Assembly: GCA_028023455.1 (NCBI GenBank)
Contig: JAQFVV010000008.1
Span: 13,950,001 to 14,014,000 of the forward strand
Direction of reading: 5' to 3'
Origin: Epiperipatus broadwayi
Taxonomy: Eukaryota > Animalia > Onychophora
DNA length: 64,000 nt
The notes below the pieces were generated by a model. That model made no database searches, had not been told where the DNA came from, and saw nothing but the letters and a program-made list of their open reading frames with translations. Shown piece by piece: positions 51,861 to 64,000 of the stretch; the first letter of the stretch is position 1; each line of letters opens with the position of its first letter. Both the position numbers and the translations under genes were made by a program.

Positions 51861-52019
51861 TAAGCATGGAAAATGAAAGTGTTTGATAATGAAGAGAGAG
51901 TGTGTATAACAGTTCTTTCATATACACTTCAATGCAAACAAATTTTCTTAAAACCTGCTTTATTTTCCTTACAGTTTCAACTGTCCAGCAGTCTTCATCA
52001 GAGCTACAATATTTGAATA

Positions 52020-53130
52020 ATATAAATACATAACTATCATTTCACATATATATATAAAATACACATATATTCTATATACATATATAGATCTACATCATCC
52101 CTAGACATATATATAAATTCCATACCTACATCTATATATACATATGCATATCCAAATATATACACATACATCTTTTAAACACACATATATACACATACAC
52201 CCATAGACATATATATATACAAATCCACATATACATTTATAAATACACATCCATATGTATACTCAACTTACATATAAATTACACATATATAAAAATATAT
52301 ATCCAATACACTGTTTGTTTGTTTTTAAATTTACTTTTTAAAACTATTTTATTTTTACTTTTTTTAATTTTTTATTAAAAATTCTTTTTAAATATTATTT
52401 TTTATTAATATTATTTTATAATTTTCCTTTCATCTTTTCTTATTATCTATCTTTTTTAATTATTATCTAATATATAATATCTCTTTTACTTTAATATCTC
52501 TAATTTTAATTTTTAAAAACTTTTATCTTTATATCACTAATTCATATATTTTTTTAATACTACTACCTCTATTCTTCTTCTCTGCTTTAATTAAAATGAC
52601 GTTTTTTTTTTTTCAAAATTTCCTATCTTGTTATTCCTTTAAAACACCTCCCTCTGTTATCAATTTTATAAAGCTTATAATTTTATTTTAAACTTACATC
52701 TTTTATATTTATTAACAATATTCGAATAATATAAATACAAATACATAGCCATTATTTCACATATAAATATACACATGAATATCATATATCCATATATCCC
52801 CTACATACAGATATATATATATATTCATATCACCTCTAGACATATATATATAAATAAAAAAATAAACTCCATACCTACATCTATATATATATATGTATGG
52901 CTATCCAAATATATATATATATCCTTTAAACATACATATATACACACACCTATGCACATACACCCATATACCTACATATACCAATCCACATATACATATA
53001 TATAAATACCCATCCATATATATACTCAACTTACATATAAATTACATATATATATATAAACTATACAAAACATATCCAATACACTATTTTTTATATTACC
53101 TTTTAAAAACTATTTTATTTTTACTGTTAG
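52020..53130. repeat. two diverged copies of a ~330-400-bp AT/AC low-complexity block (52020-52360, 52730-53130)
   Basis: Both copies share the ordered anchors ctagacatatatata, ccatacctacatctatatata, atccacatatacat, tactcaacttacatataaattac, atccaatacact and cttttaaaaactatttt. Confidence 0.8.
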
Positions 53131-53149
53131 CTTTTTTTATAATAGAAGA

Positions 53150-56100
53150 GATTAGTCATGTGATGGAAAATAGAAATAAAAGTAGAAATGATAGTGAAAG
53201 ATATGGATGGAGAATGAATAATAAGAATAATTTAGAAAAGTATATAATAAAAGTTGAAAAACCATGGAAGAGTTGGTTGGGGTGAGTATAAGGACTGGTA
53301 TTGTGAAATAGAGAATGTGGCAAAAATGGTTTTAGATTAGAATATTCAGAAAAATAAAAATAATAAAAATGTGAGTTATTAAAAGTGTAAAAGAGGGGGG
53401 AAAGCATGCATAGAATATAAGTGTGCTGTTAAGAACAAAGAAAGTGAAAAAGATGTTAATGCTAAGTGGGAAAAGAACTTAGAGAAAAAAAAGTTGCTAA
53501 AATAGATAATTATAGAGAGAGGATGAAATTGAATAGTAAATTGTTGGAGGATATTAATAAAAGTGGAAGAGATTGGAGTAGAAAAATTTGGAAATATATT
53601 AAAAAAAGGAATATAGGGGGGAGAGAGAGATAATATTACTAGATGAGGGAGTAGAGAGTAGCTCTAGAGAAGAATTAGAGATTAAATAAATATGTATGGG
53701 GCATAGAAAAGATGTTAGATGTGGGCAGAATGATAAACATAAAAGCATATAGTAATGGGAATATTAGGTTTACAAAAAATGAACTGAATGAGGCAGGGAA
53801 GAAAGTGGAAAGGCAAAAGGTTTAGATGGATGGACAGCAGAGATGGTAATGAATTTAGGGTGTAAGGCAAAAGTAAAATTTTTATGTTTTAATAAGATGG
53901 TGCAGAAGAGAGATTTTCTGGGTAGTTGGAGTAATACAAGAGTAAGGCTACTATTTAAAGAAAAGAGTAAGGATCATAGAAAGTTAAACAATTGATTCTA
54001 CAAACAATTTGTGTTCACTATGTTGTTAAATTCCCATAGGAATATTAATCACATTTGCAGCATAATGTCTGGATCTTGTAAAATCACACCAAATCATTCT
54101 GATCACACCAAAATTTGATCAATAAATAATGCAAAGATTTGGCTAATAAATTAAACCAATATGTTGCTGGCACTAAAGATTGACACTTAATAATCCACAG
54201 ACCAATTAAGTGACTCAACACATTGGGCAAGCCAACAACTACCCAATGGATTCAAATGTCACGTGTCATGTTGGGAAGTCAAAAATGGCATAATCTTTTG
54301 AAATGAGCATATGACTCCTGGCAGGATCGACCAGGTAATGGATGAGTGAACCATAATTGGTTTAATGAGCCATCTGTGGTTTTGCTTATTCGTAAAGAAA
54401 AGCAAATACTATGACATGCAAGTCTTAATCTTTTTGTAACCTATCTGGTTATCAGTGATAACATCAGCTTTATATAAAGTTTTTTCATATATGGTGGTTG
54501 TAAAAGTTGCAAAATGGATGGAAGAAAGGGAGAAATGCAGTGAGGTTTTTGATTGGATAGGTGTATAGGAGATAGTTTTTTTGTAGTTTCACAACTTATG
54601 GATATGAGGTAGAGAGTTATATGTGGCTTTTATAGATATAGAGATGTATGATACAGTAAATAGAAATAGATTATGGATAAGTATGGTAAATTTGGGAATG
54701 GATGGAACTTTAGTGGATATTATTGAGAAATTATATGAAAATAATTACTTTACGTATCAATTAGTGAATATAGAATCAAAGTAAAAAATGGGATGGGGAC
54801 TAAGGCAAGGATGCTTTATGTCACCTATTTTATTTTTGTTGTATTTGAGAGAAATGGAGAGAGAGCAATAGAAAGACTAGGAAGAGGGATAAAGATATCA
54901 TTAATAGGTGGCAAGGAAGTATATACATTATTGGGTCTTTTATTTGCAGAGGATGATGTCTTTTTGTGTGGAGAAAGAAGGGAAAATATGGAAGTTGTGC
55001 TGAGGATATGCACAAGAGTGGATAAAGAGATGGGGATTAAGTTTAGTGAAGAAAAATCAAAAGTAATGATGTTTAATACTGGGGAAAGAGAAGAAAAAGA
55101 ATTTTTATTAGGGGATATAAAGTTAAGAGTGATGAATAGATATAACTATTTGGGAATCATCTTAAGTAATCAGAGAAATTGCTTGGATGAATGGGAGAAA
55201 AAAAAAGATAAATGAAGCAAAGAAAAGAAAGGGATTAATAAAGAAATTAACAGTGTTTTCATAGAATAAATATGAGTAGCTAAAATTGTATGGAAAGGAG
55301 TGGCAGTAGCAAAGAGAAATAGGAAGATATGCATTAGATCCAGATGTGTGGATAGCAAAGGAGGCAATTCAATAAAATGGGATGATCAAGTTTTTATATG
55401 AGAGATGTGAAAAACAAAATGAAAATGTTTGGTAGATTGCAGTTTATGGATAATAAAAGAATAGCCCAAATAGTATTTAATTGGGTTATGAATAAAGGAC
55501 AGGTAAGAAGATGGGTGAGAAAGGTAATGCAGAAAATTTGGATAAAGAATTTGTCAGTATACTTGTACAAAAGCTGGGATGATTGCATTAGGAGAATTGT
55601 TGAGTGATAGAGTGGTAAGGAATGGGATAGAAGAATAGATGCATAAATAAAAAATAGGGAGTTGGAGAGATGGAGAAAGTAAACAGAATATTGGGTTAAG
55701 TTAATTTATGATAATAGCAAGGAAAGTAGTTTACTGTTTAAGGCTCGAATGGGATCTTTAGCAACAAGGGAATATATATAGAAATGGAAAAATATGGGTG
55801 ATTTAGTCTGCAAGTTGTGTAAGGAAGGCATAGAAAATATTAGGCATCTGTTAATTGAATGTAAATGCCTGAAAGCAGAAAGGGTACAAATAATAAAGGT
55901 GTGAAAGAATAAATATAAGCAAAGTGATTATACAGAAAGTGGGTTATTGATTTTTATGCTGGGTTTGGGAAAAGATAAGGGGAATTTAGATATGAAGGCC
56001 ATGGAATTGACAAAGATTATGTTGTGGAAATGGGATGGAGCAGGATATGAGAAAACATAGGGTGGGGAATGGAAAGGAAAGGTAAAGTTGCTAACAGGTT

Positions 56101-56175
56101 TCTCTGGGCGTAGTTGCTGTGAGCTTTCCAACTCTGTATAAGGAGAAGTCACAGTGCATCACATCACATCAATAT
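53150..56175 (+). mobile_element. longer, degenerate copy of the same LINE family including the RT core; interrupted by a ~450-bp insert (~53995-54440)
   Basis: VAFIDIE..YDTV, GLRQGCFMSPILFLLY (54797), LLFAEDDV and GIKFSEEKSKVM are followed by sequence homologous to 50725-51860 with many stops and the same (ACATC)n tail. Confidence 0.92.
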
Positions 56176-56852
56176 GAAAGTTTACTGATGAAGATCTTAA
56201 TCATAAATGCCTACACAGCTACACCATTACTTATAAATTACCTCTACATTGCGTAAAACAGATTCTTTAGAAACCAATTAACAAAGCAGATATCAATAAA
56301 CAGATGCTAAAACTGATCCAATAACAAACAAGATAAAGTGTATTGACAGTTTAATATAATACACAAAAGTATGCCTTCTATGTTGGCAATATTGCAATTG
56401 ACATCTGGCAGTTTTAAATATTAATATTCACAAAACATTACATTATAATTCTTTACCATCTCTGAAGGCTATACTACTAAGAACTCTATTATTTATCCGA
56501 TTCTGTTAGATATGTGTTCTAAGCTAAGATGTGTATATAGATATTTCACTTTTGCATTAAAGAACAATCAATAACAAAGCTGCTTAAATTAACTTTAAAG
56601 GTTCACAATGTGCAAGCCATTACAAAATTCAGAACTATACACTATGTTTTTGATCATGCCACTTTAAAATTAAAGCAACAATAAATAGCCTTGAACTACT
56701 TGTAGTACAAAGAAAAATAAGATTCATGGGGAGAAATGTCTCTGAATTTAAAGGAAAATCATTTGTGAGTACTTTAAGTGGAAATAATATATCATGGAGA
56801 GGCAAGTAAACATATACAAAATTTGAGTGCAGTAGACAAAAATCTATAAGAT

Positions 56853-57437
56853 TAGGATGACCAGACATCTCAATTTTTCGGGATTTGTTTCTATTTTTGA
56901 TTTGATGTCCCAGTGTCCCTGAAATTTCTTTTTGGGACCATTGTATGTCCCGATTTTCAAATATTCATAATTATTATTTGTCTTAAATAAATAATTCATT
57001 GCAAAAATAAGTTTCTTGGATCTCTCTGTCCATTCAGTCTCTAGAGTAATATTATAAAAACAGAGAAATTCCAACACCAAAACAAAGATTGCTATTATGT
57101 TATATGCCAAACTAAACATGTTCTTGCATTGAACCTCACTTTGGAGCATGTGCAGTTGGATTTTTGAAGGCTAAAATTTGAACTGCACTTGCACCTGCTT
57201 TGATTGACAGTGTAGTTTTATTAATTCTTTGTTGATATTATTTTTTTATAGTGACAAGCATAATAGGAATATTAATAACCCTAAGCAATAGGCAACATGC
57301 CAAAGAGGAAAGTACTTACAATGATGAATATACACAGAAATGGAGTTTTATAAAAAAAAAAAAAAAAAAGATACAATGCTGTAAAAATGATTGGATGTTA
57401 TGTCCTGATTTTTGACCGAACCAGTCTGGTCACCCTA
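56853..57437. mobile_element. hAT-type MITE (TAGG(G/A)TGACCAGA TIR, 8-bp TSD)
   Basis: The ends are taggatgaccagac and gtctggtcacccta, flanked by tataagat/tataagtt. Subterminal gtccc motifs are present. Confidence 0.88.
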
Positions 57438-57647
57438 TATAAGTTTACTATCTAAAATGCACATATATGTACTAATTTTTAATTTCAGATGCATATGAGT
57501 AAACGACAAAATAAATAGGAAAGTACCACAATGGTTTAAGCACAATAAAATCAACTTACTGATTTATGTGGTATGTGCACATCATGTTAGACACATTCTT
57601 ATCTTGATTTACATTAATGATTTTTGAATATTGTCAAAGTTTTGTTT

Positions 57648-57991
57648 TCATTTCCAGTACTTAAGATTTGCCCATATATAAGCATTTGGGTTGGAAAGAA
57701 TAAGTGGATTCATTTTATTCTTTCATAAATACTATATCTCGTGTTGGGAATGAAAGTATTCATATGTTTAAGTTTCATTTGAGAGTGACGTTTAGTAAAT
57801 TCCAGATAATTTTGTTGACGTCATTCATTCAGATATCGTAAACAGTAATTTAAAGTGAGTGATCTATCCTCACGCTCTCATTTCCAGTACTTAAGATTTG
57901 CCCATATATAAGCATTTGGGTTGGAAAGAATAAGTGGATTCATTTTATTTTCATAAATACTATATCTCATGTTGGGAATGAAAGTATTCAT
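57648..57991. repeat. ~115-bp near-identical direct repeat at 230-bp spacing
   Basis: tcatttccagtacttaagatttgcccatatataagc...gttgggaatgaaagtattcat occurs at 57648-57763 and 57878-57991. Confidence 0.95.
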
Positions 57992-60307
57992 TTATTATTA
58001 ACACTCGTAAAAAGCGCAAGCACAATAGCTTGAAAGGCTGATCTTTAAATGTATTACAATTATAAACATAGCGCTATATAAAATAAATGCTTATTTACAT
58101 ATGTTTAAATATCATTTTGTATATACTGGACTTTGAAATATTTGTTTCTCTAATGTAAATAAAGATTAAATGAGGATAGATTTCCAGAATAAAATTTGAA
58201 TCAGAGAAATTTATTGTATTAAGCCATAAAATGATAGTAGACCATTGTTAAATTAATAATTTTTTTTTTGTAAATATTTATTATATATTTAGATTATTAA
58301 TAAATGTATCGAGTTGTTTAAACCAATCTGATCTCTGTTTGATCATTGCCATCATTATGCATTCATACTATTAAAAGTTTCATCATCACTATCATTAAGA
58401 ATTTACACCATTAAAGGTTTGATGATGATCATCAACATAATTATATGTTGCTCTCCTAATTGATTGATCATCATCAATATTTTTGTTTATCTATGCTTAT
58501 ATATAGACATATTTGGTCAATAATTAAGTAAGTCCATCCCTGAAGAGAGCCAACTGCAAGAACTCTGAGTTTGAATTCCATGGTGTAATGGGGCCCAAAA
58601 AGGGAGATGTAATGAATATGCACTAGTCTAGGTTACATTGAAATATTTTAAGTAAATTATAAGTTAGCATATTGAAAGTAGATGTGATTTGAAACTACGC
58701 ATTTCATTGTGACATCTTTAGCATTCTATTCGAAGGCCTAGGTCTGACTGTAGTGAGATGTGCTCCCTTTTCTATATGCCATTCCTGATTCTGTAATATC
58801 TGGCACACCCAAATGTGCTGTTGAATCATGGATTTAGGATATGACTTGTTGTAGGTTGGTTGACACATTGTATTCAAGTCATCCAACTACTGAGTCGTAT
58901 TCATGTCATCTTATGATGTACCTTGCAGTTCTGTTATATCATATATTATAGTAATATGGCTACTTTTAAGTTATATATATATATTGTACCAATATTGTGG
59001 TTGGTGCATGTAATAATTTTGTCTAAAATTATTAAAATAAAAATCTTTCATTAAAAGGAAAATAGTATGTAAAAGTTTAAGAGTTTTTTTTATTTATTGC
59101 AGTTTGTTTTCGAAAAATGTAAAATTAAAAGTCAAAGAGTTTTTTGAAGTAAAAGTTACAATTAGTTAATTAAGAAGGGAGGAGGAGGTTAGCTTTAGAA
59201 ATGTCAAATTAAAAGAAGTTGACTTTCAAATAAGTAAAGAATTCTTTTTATTATTGTTAGTTTAAAGAAAATATTGTTCATAAAAGTTATAAATGATTGA
59301 TTAGAAAAAAAAAGGAAAGAAAGAAAGAGGTTTAAACTAAAAGTTTAAAAATATAAATCTCTTTTTATTTAAGTTAAAGAAAAAAAGTCATCTTAAAAAC
59401 TAAATAGTGAATTGATCTTAAATTATACATGTGCGTAAATGACGAATTAATATGAGTTTGTTAGTAAAATATATATGTGTGATTGTAAATATAATAAAGG
59501 TATGCATAGTAAATATTAAAAAAATGATATAGAAAATTATCATTAAAAAACACAGTGATGGCTATTAAATTAAACAAAAAAACAACAACACTACGTTTGC
59601 GATGGCTGCTAATTAATATCTCCAACAACAGGATTAAAAGCTAATCTTGAGGAATGCAATTAAACACAAGGAAGGAATTTCAATAACATATTGCCAGTGA
59701 ACATCAAAACAACAACAGGCCTTAAGTATAAATAGTCCACTTTTTCATCGGACAATCAGTTCAGTTGAGTTTAGAAAACATTTTAGATTGTGCAGTTGAG
59801 ATTAAATCAATCGATCAGCGGATAATGCAGCGTTAAAACCCTTGGAAACATACGGCTTTCTCCAGACTTAGTCCAGTGAAACAGCAATCTGCCCAGAATA
59901 GAAAAATGCTTGCATAACAACTTGAAGAATCACCATCAATGTTTAACTGTCTCCAAGAATAGTACCAATGAATAAGCATTAAACCTCAAGAAACTTCATA
60001 TCCGGACAGATGGAGATATTCTCACTTAAAACAGCAACCAGGAAGAAAACAAAATCTATTAAAATAAAGTTCACAGCAAACAGCAAGAAGAAATCCATGT
60101 TCTAAAATATTAGGTAATAACATTTTCTTATTCTCATTTCTAAAGTAGCCATCGCATTAGTTGAAGCTTCCCAGAGTCAAGTACTATGAACTCTATAGCA
60201 TACATTGACAAACTATTGATATGTGTGTTTTAAATTTCAAATATTATTTAATGCTTTGTTATATGATATTATAGTGTGAATTAATATGTGCGTGATCATT
60301 ATACCGG

Positions 60308-60821
60308 TGTTATATTAGTTAAATAAGATTTATAAAAATATTTAAAATTAGTATAATAAATGTTAATTAAAATAAATTGTCTTTTAAACTTAAGCTTAAT
60401 TTTGTCAGTCAATTCTTTTGCCACTAATTAAAACAATAATTTGTTATTGATTACAAATAGCTGAGCTAGTTAAGGGATTTTTTGAGTGCTGGATTATGGG
60501 CTACTGTCTAAACATGTTAGTTCTGAATTAGCTGGCACCCAGGGTTTACTCCAAAACAAATAAAGTGTTTGGATAGTAGGGGTTTGAATCTAGCAGTCGA
60601 GGTGGGCCACGATCTGGAAATGTGATCGTGTTATGCATTGCATAGCTCGGTCTGATCATGGGTATTGTTGATGGCCTTTACATTAATAGTATTCTTCACT
60701 CTGCTCAAACAGCTGGGTCGTTCACGTAATATTTATAATATAAGATCATAAATTTATTAGAAATAAGGTTTAAACCTAGCGAGTAGAGTATGTGGGATCA
60801 GTACGGATCAAACCCGGTACA
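60308..60821 (+). mobile_element. solo-LTR-like element (514 bp, TG...CA), related to 43974-44484
   Basis: It starts TGTTATA and ends CCCGGTACA. It shares ccc(a/t)gggttta, tctggaaa.gtga, tctga(t/c)ca.gggtat and ctctgct...gggtc...aagatcata with the inverted copy. Confidence 0.6.
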
Positions 60822-61570
60822 ATATATATGTTTGTTTCATTATTTATTTTATTTTGTGTGAAACTATTTACTTGTTCATTTATTTTATTCTTTGCATACA
60901 AACTAATGTAATAAAAAAATTAGTCAATAAAATAATATATATTTAAGAGCCCACTGTGCTAATTTTCATAAAAAGTTAAATGATTTATATTTTTATTAAT
61001 CTCCAAAAAGTTCTAATACATGAACTTTGAATATAAAAAGATAATGAAACATCAGAACCTCATTTGTTCTAGAATTTCTATAACAGTAAGTATTCAAAAA
61101 TATAATAGAAAAATATGTTCATAATGTAATAGAGATGTTAAATAAATCACTTACTTTTCATTTAACCAAGGTGCCATCAACATAAGGAATTTTCTTAAGG
61201 ATCTTCATTAGCATTTGGACATCAGTATGCATTGCTGAAAAGCGAAGTATAAAAGTGTCAAATGCCTGATCCAATGTCTGCCCATATAGATCGAGATTGG
61301 GTTGATTATATGCAAAATTTATGTAGCATATTTACACTTAGCAAAATATTAAAATTATAATAAATCTATTAATGTATCCATCTGTGCATATAATTTAAAT
61401 CAAATATATCTAATAATAAATTAAGTCTTCAGAGGTTTGTATTAGTGTGTGTATGTGTGTAATAGAATGTTTTGTTGAATTAATTGTGGCAGTAATTTAA
61501 TTTATATATTTTATTAATAATATTTTAAGATTAAGAATCAGAAATTTTAAATATACAGTATGATATTTTA

Positions 61571-61735
61571 GACTCAGTTTCTTCATGAGTTAGTGACTGG
61601 GGTTTTTGGCTCAATAAAAGAGTTGAACCTCACCTGTGTGTATCTGCAGCCTTAAATTTTCTAAGTTAGAATAGCCTAGTGGCATCCTGGCATGGCAGAT
61701 AGGTTTCAGAGGTTCCGTTGGCAGACCCTGGACTA
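61571..61735 (+). repeat. dispersed ~170-bp repeat, copy 2 (copy 1 at 7621-7790)
   Basis: It has the same ordered motifs as 7621-7790. Confidence 0.6.
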
Positions 61736-61854
61736 CTATTTTATGATAATTATATTTATTGAATAATATTTTTTGTTTAATATTGGTATAATAACAATTT
61801 AGTATTATGGATAGAACTAACCCAAATTTGTTGGGTGGGTCTAATCTCAATCTT

Positions 61855-63510
61855 TAGGAAATGTTCAAGAAATTAAAAGCAGTGATACAAAATAATTCTA
61901 AAAAGTTAGAAGATAATTCTAAAGAATTGAAAGAGAAGTTAGAAGTTCAATTTAGAGATATAGAAGTTGTGAAAAGTAAAATAGAAAAGATGTGAATTGA
62001 AAATGTAACCTTGAGGGAAGAAACTAGGATTAAATCTATTGCCTTGAAAAGAAAGAGGCAAGGGGGGGGGGGAAGTTAAAAGATATTTAGAAGATGAACA
62101 AAAAATTACAAGAATCACAAGAATGTAAGTTTTCGAAGGCAAATCATGAAAGACAACACTCCTAGAATAAAGTTTAAAAATTTTACGATTGAAATGAAAT
62201 ATTCATTTCAGATGTGATGTAAGGAATGTGAAACTAAGATTGAGTATACTATTAAGATTCTGAAGAATGAAATGATTAGGTTTATCCAAGAATATTGTTT
62301 GCAAATAATTAATAAGATATGGAATGGTAAAGGGAAAGAAACCCATGAGAAGATACAATTGATATCAAAAGCTATTTCAGATGTATTCCAAGTGATAGAT
62401 CATAGGATGAATGAATTCAACACCTGAATTAATGAATAGATAATGATAAGGATATGTACCTTGAACTGAAATGGGTAGCAAATAAGAGTTGCAAAAACAT
62501 TCTGAAATTCGTAGATGCTAATCTAGAACAAAGGAGGTCCGGAATTCAAACTGTAAGTGCCAAACCAGCAGCTATGGGGTGGAGTCAGGACCTCAAACAA
62601 ATAGCAGAATAGAGAAAATGGGATAGAAAAGAATCTCAAAATAAATTGAAAATTTGGGTGAACAACTGCCAGAATGAGTGTAAGGAGTTGAAAACTAAAA
62701 CTACAATATAAAAAGGTGCAAACTAATAATAAATCTAAAGTTAAAGGCAACTCAAATTATTGTAAGTTGCAAGTTAGCAGAATTAATAATGTTCAAATCA
62801 AAGACTTTTTCAACAATGAAGGTCAAGATAATTCAGGAAATCAACCCCATATAGAGGAAGATTTTATGGTAAGTCTGGAGAACAGTAAACTATTTTATTC
62901 AGATAGTGTTGGTAGTTTTTAAAGTTTCAAAACAAAAATTTCAAAATTTAAATGGTTTTATCTCCCTGAAACACATGGACATGAAGATAAAAATTTTCAT
63001 GACAGAAGGAACTGTCAGACTGATAGAAATGTAGAACCATCACAGAATATTATAGAAAGTCTACAAATAAAATTTGCTTTAATGAGTTAGTCATAGAGAA
63101 TCCGGATATCTTAATGCATGACCATAAAAAATTACTTGATTGGCAAATCATATTATGGGAATTCAGCCCATATATGCCTATGGTTAATGATAGCCAAACT
63201 AAAATGAAATGTTTAGATTACAATGACACAAATTTTGGAGGCAGACCTTATTCTGTAAATATTGCCGACCTACTTTTCAAATACCCCAGCTGGATGAAAT
63301 TAAAAAGGAAAATGATATCAAATCATGAGATTGAAGGATTAGGACCATTGTTCTGTAATAATTTCATTTGGTTTATAGAGTCAATATTTTTAGACAAATT
63401 CAAGGATAGTTATATCAATTTAAATTTGTTTAATCTGTGTTATCCACAAGATATCAATTATAAGTATCCAATAGAGATACAATCCAAAAGTAACTACTCA
63501 TTAGTTTAAA
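61855..63510 (+). pseudogene. decayed purine-rich coding remnant, possibly retroelement gag/ORF1
   Basis: A coiled-coil-like reading EMFKKLKAVIQNNSKKLEDNSKELKEKLEVQFRDIEVVKSKIEKM* is followed by broken frames. No diagnostic motif was found. Confidence 0.3.
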
Positions 63511-64000
63511 GGCTCACAATTGCATATCTGAAATTTCAACCTTGAGGAAAGGATCATATAATTCTGTAAACCTATGATAATGCTAAGAATTAATGCAATT
63601 TGTCTATGTTAGATTCATTCAAATTCAATTAATAAACTGTATTATTGTCATGAATTAAGGCAATTCAATTATTATATTATTTAAGTAAGAAATAATAAGT
63701 AAACAAATGATTAATGTATAACTAATTAAGTTCAAAAAATAGAATCCATTTCTAAATAATAAAAATATTTAGAAAAGTACCCATTAAGAAAGTACTTGGG
63801 ATAGAAAAAAAAGTAAATCTAAGAGAAAATTTAGAAAGGAAACTCCCTGAAAGAGAAAGCAATTAGATAAACAAAGTGCTCTAGTAAATAAGATGAAACT
63901 ATTTATTTCTAAGTGAGAGGATATATAGCAATATACCTATTCCTATGTGTAACAGTCAAGTTTGTACATTCGCGTAACAGAATTCAGAATCCAAGCAAAA

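Noticed and set aside
52775-53407. I/Y/H/T-rich ORFs
   Set aside because: They are translations of (TA)/(CA) low-complexity sequence and of the antisense LINE.
56844-57149. 101-aa minus-strand ORF
   Set aside because: It lies within the hAT MITE and crosses its subterminal repeats, with no recognisable domain.
63114-63509. 131-aa ORF as a host gene
   Set aside because: There is no recognisable domain or splice context, and it sits in a decayed, frameshifted block.

Overview
Very AT-rich eukaryotic (invertebrate animal) genomic DNA. It has long TE-filled introns and no prokaryotic features such as rRNA, tRNA, CRISPR or operons. The one confidently recognisable host gene is a plus-strand RIG-I-like receptor (RLR; MDA5/LGP2/RIG-I family SF2 helicase). 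Three exons were assembled by eye: 12145-12270, 22046-22165 and 32596-33437. All have canonical AG/GT borders and phase-1 junctions. Together they encode the end of Hel2i, Hel2, the pincer and a shortened zinc-binding C-terminal domain (CTD). By eye alignment this CTD lacks the classical 5'-triphosphate-binding residues. The CARD/Hel1 exons were not located. The rest is a TE graveyard: two Buster-type hAT transposase fossils, a Merlin (ISXO2) element with TIRs and an 8-bp TSD nested in a TA-flanked pogo/Tc2-like element, a second non-autonomous Merlin-type element, piggyBac and mariner fossils, several foldback MITEs (three clustered in the last RLR intron), two related solo-LTR-like repeats, two copies of one LINE family and several tandem duplications. 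A weak candidate spliced gene lies on the minus strand at about 47.7-52 kb. All homology calls are from recalled motifs, not from database searches.
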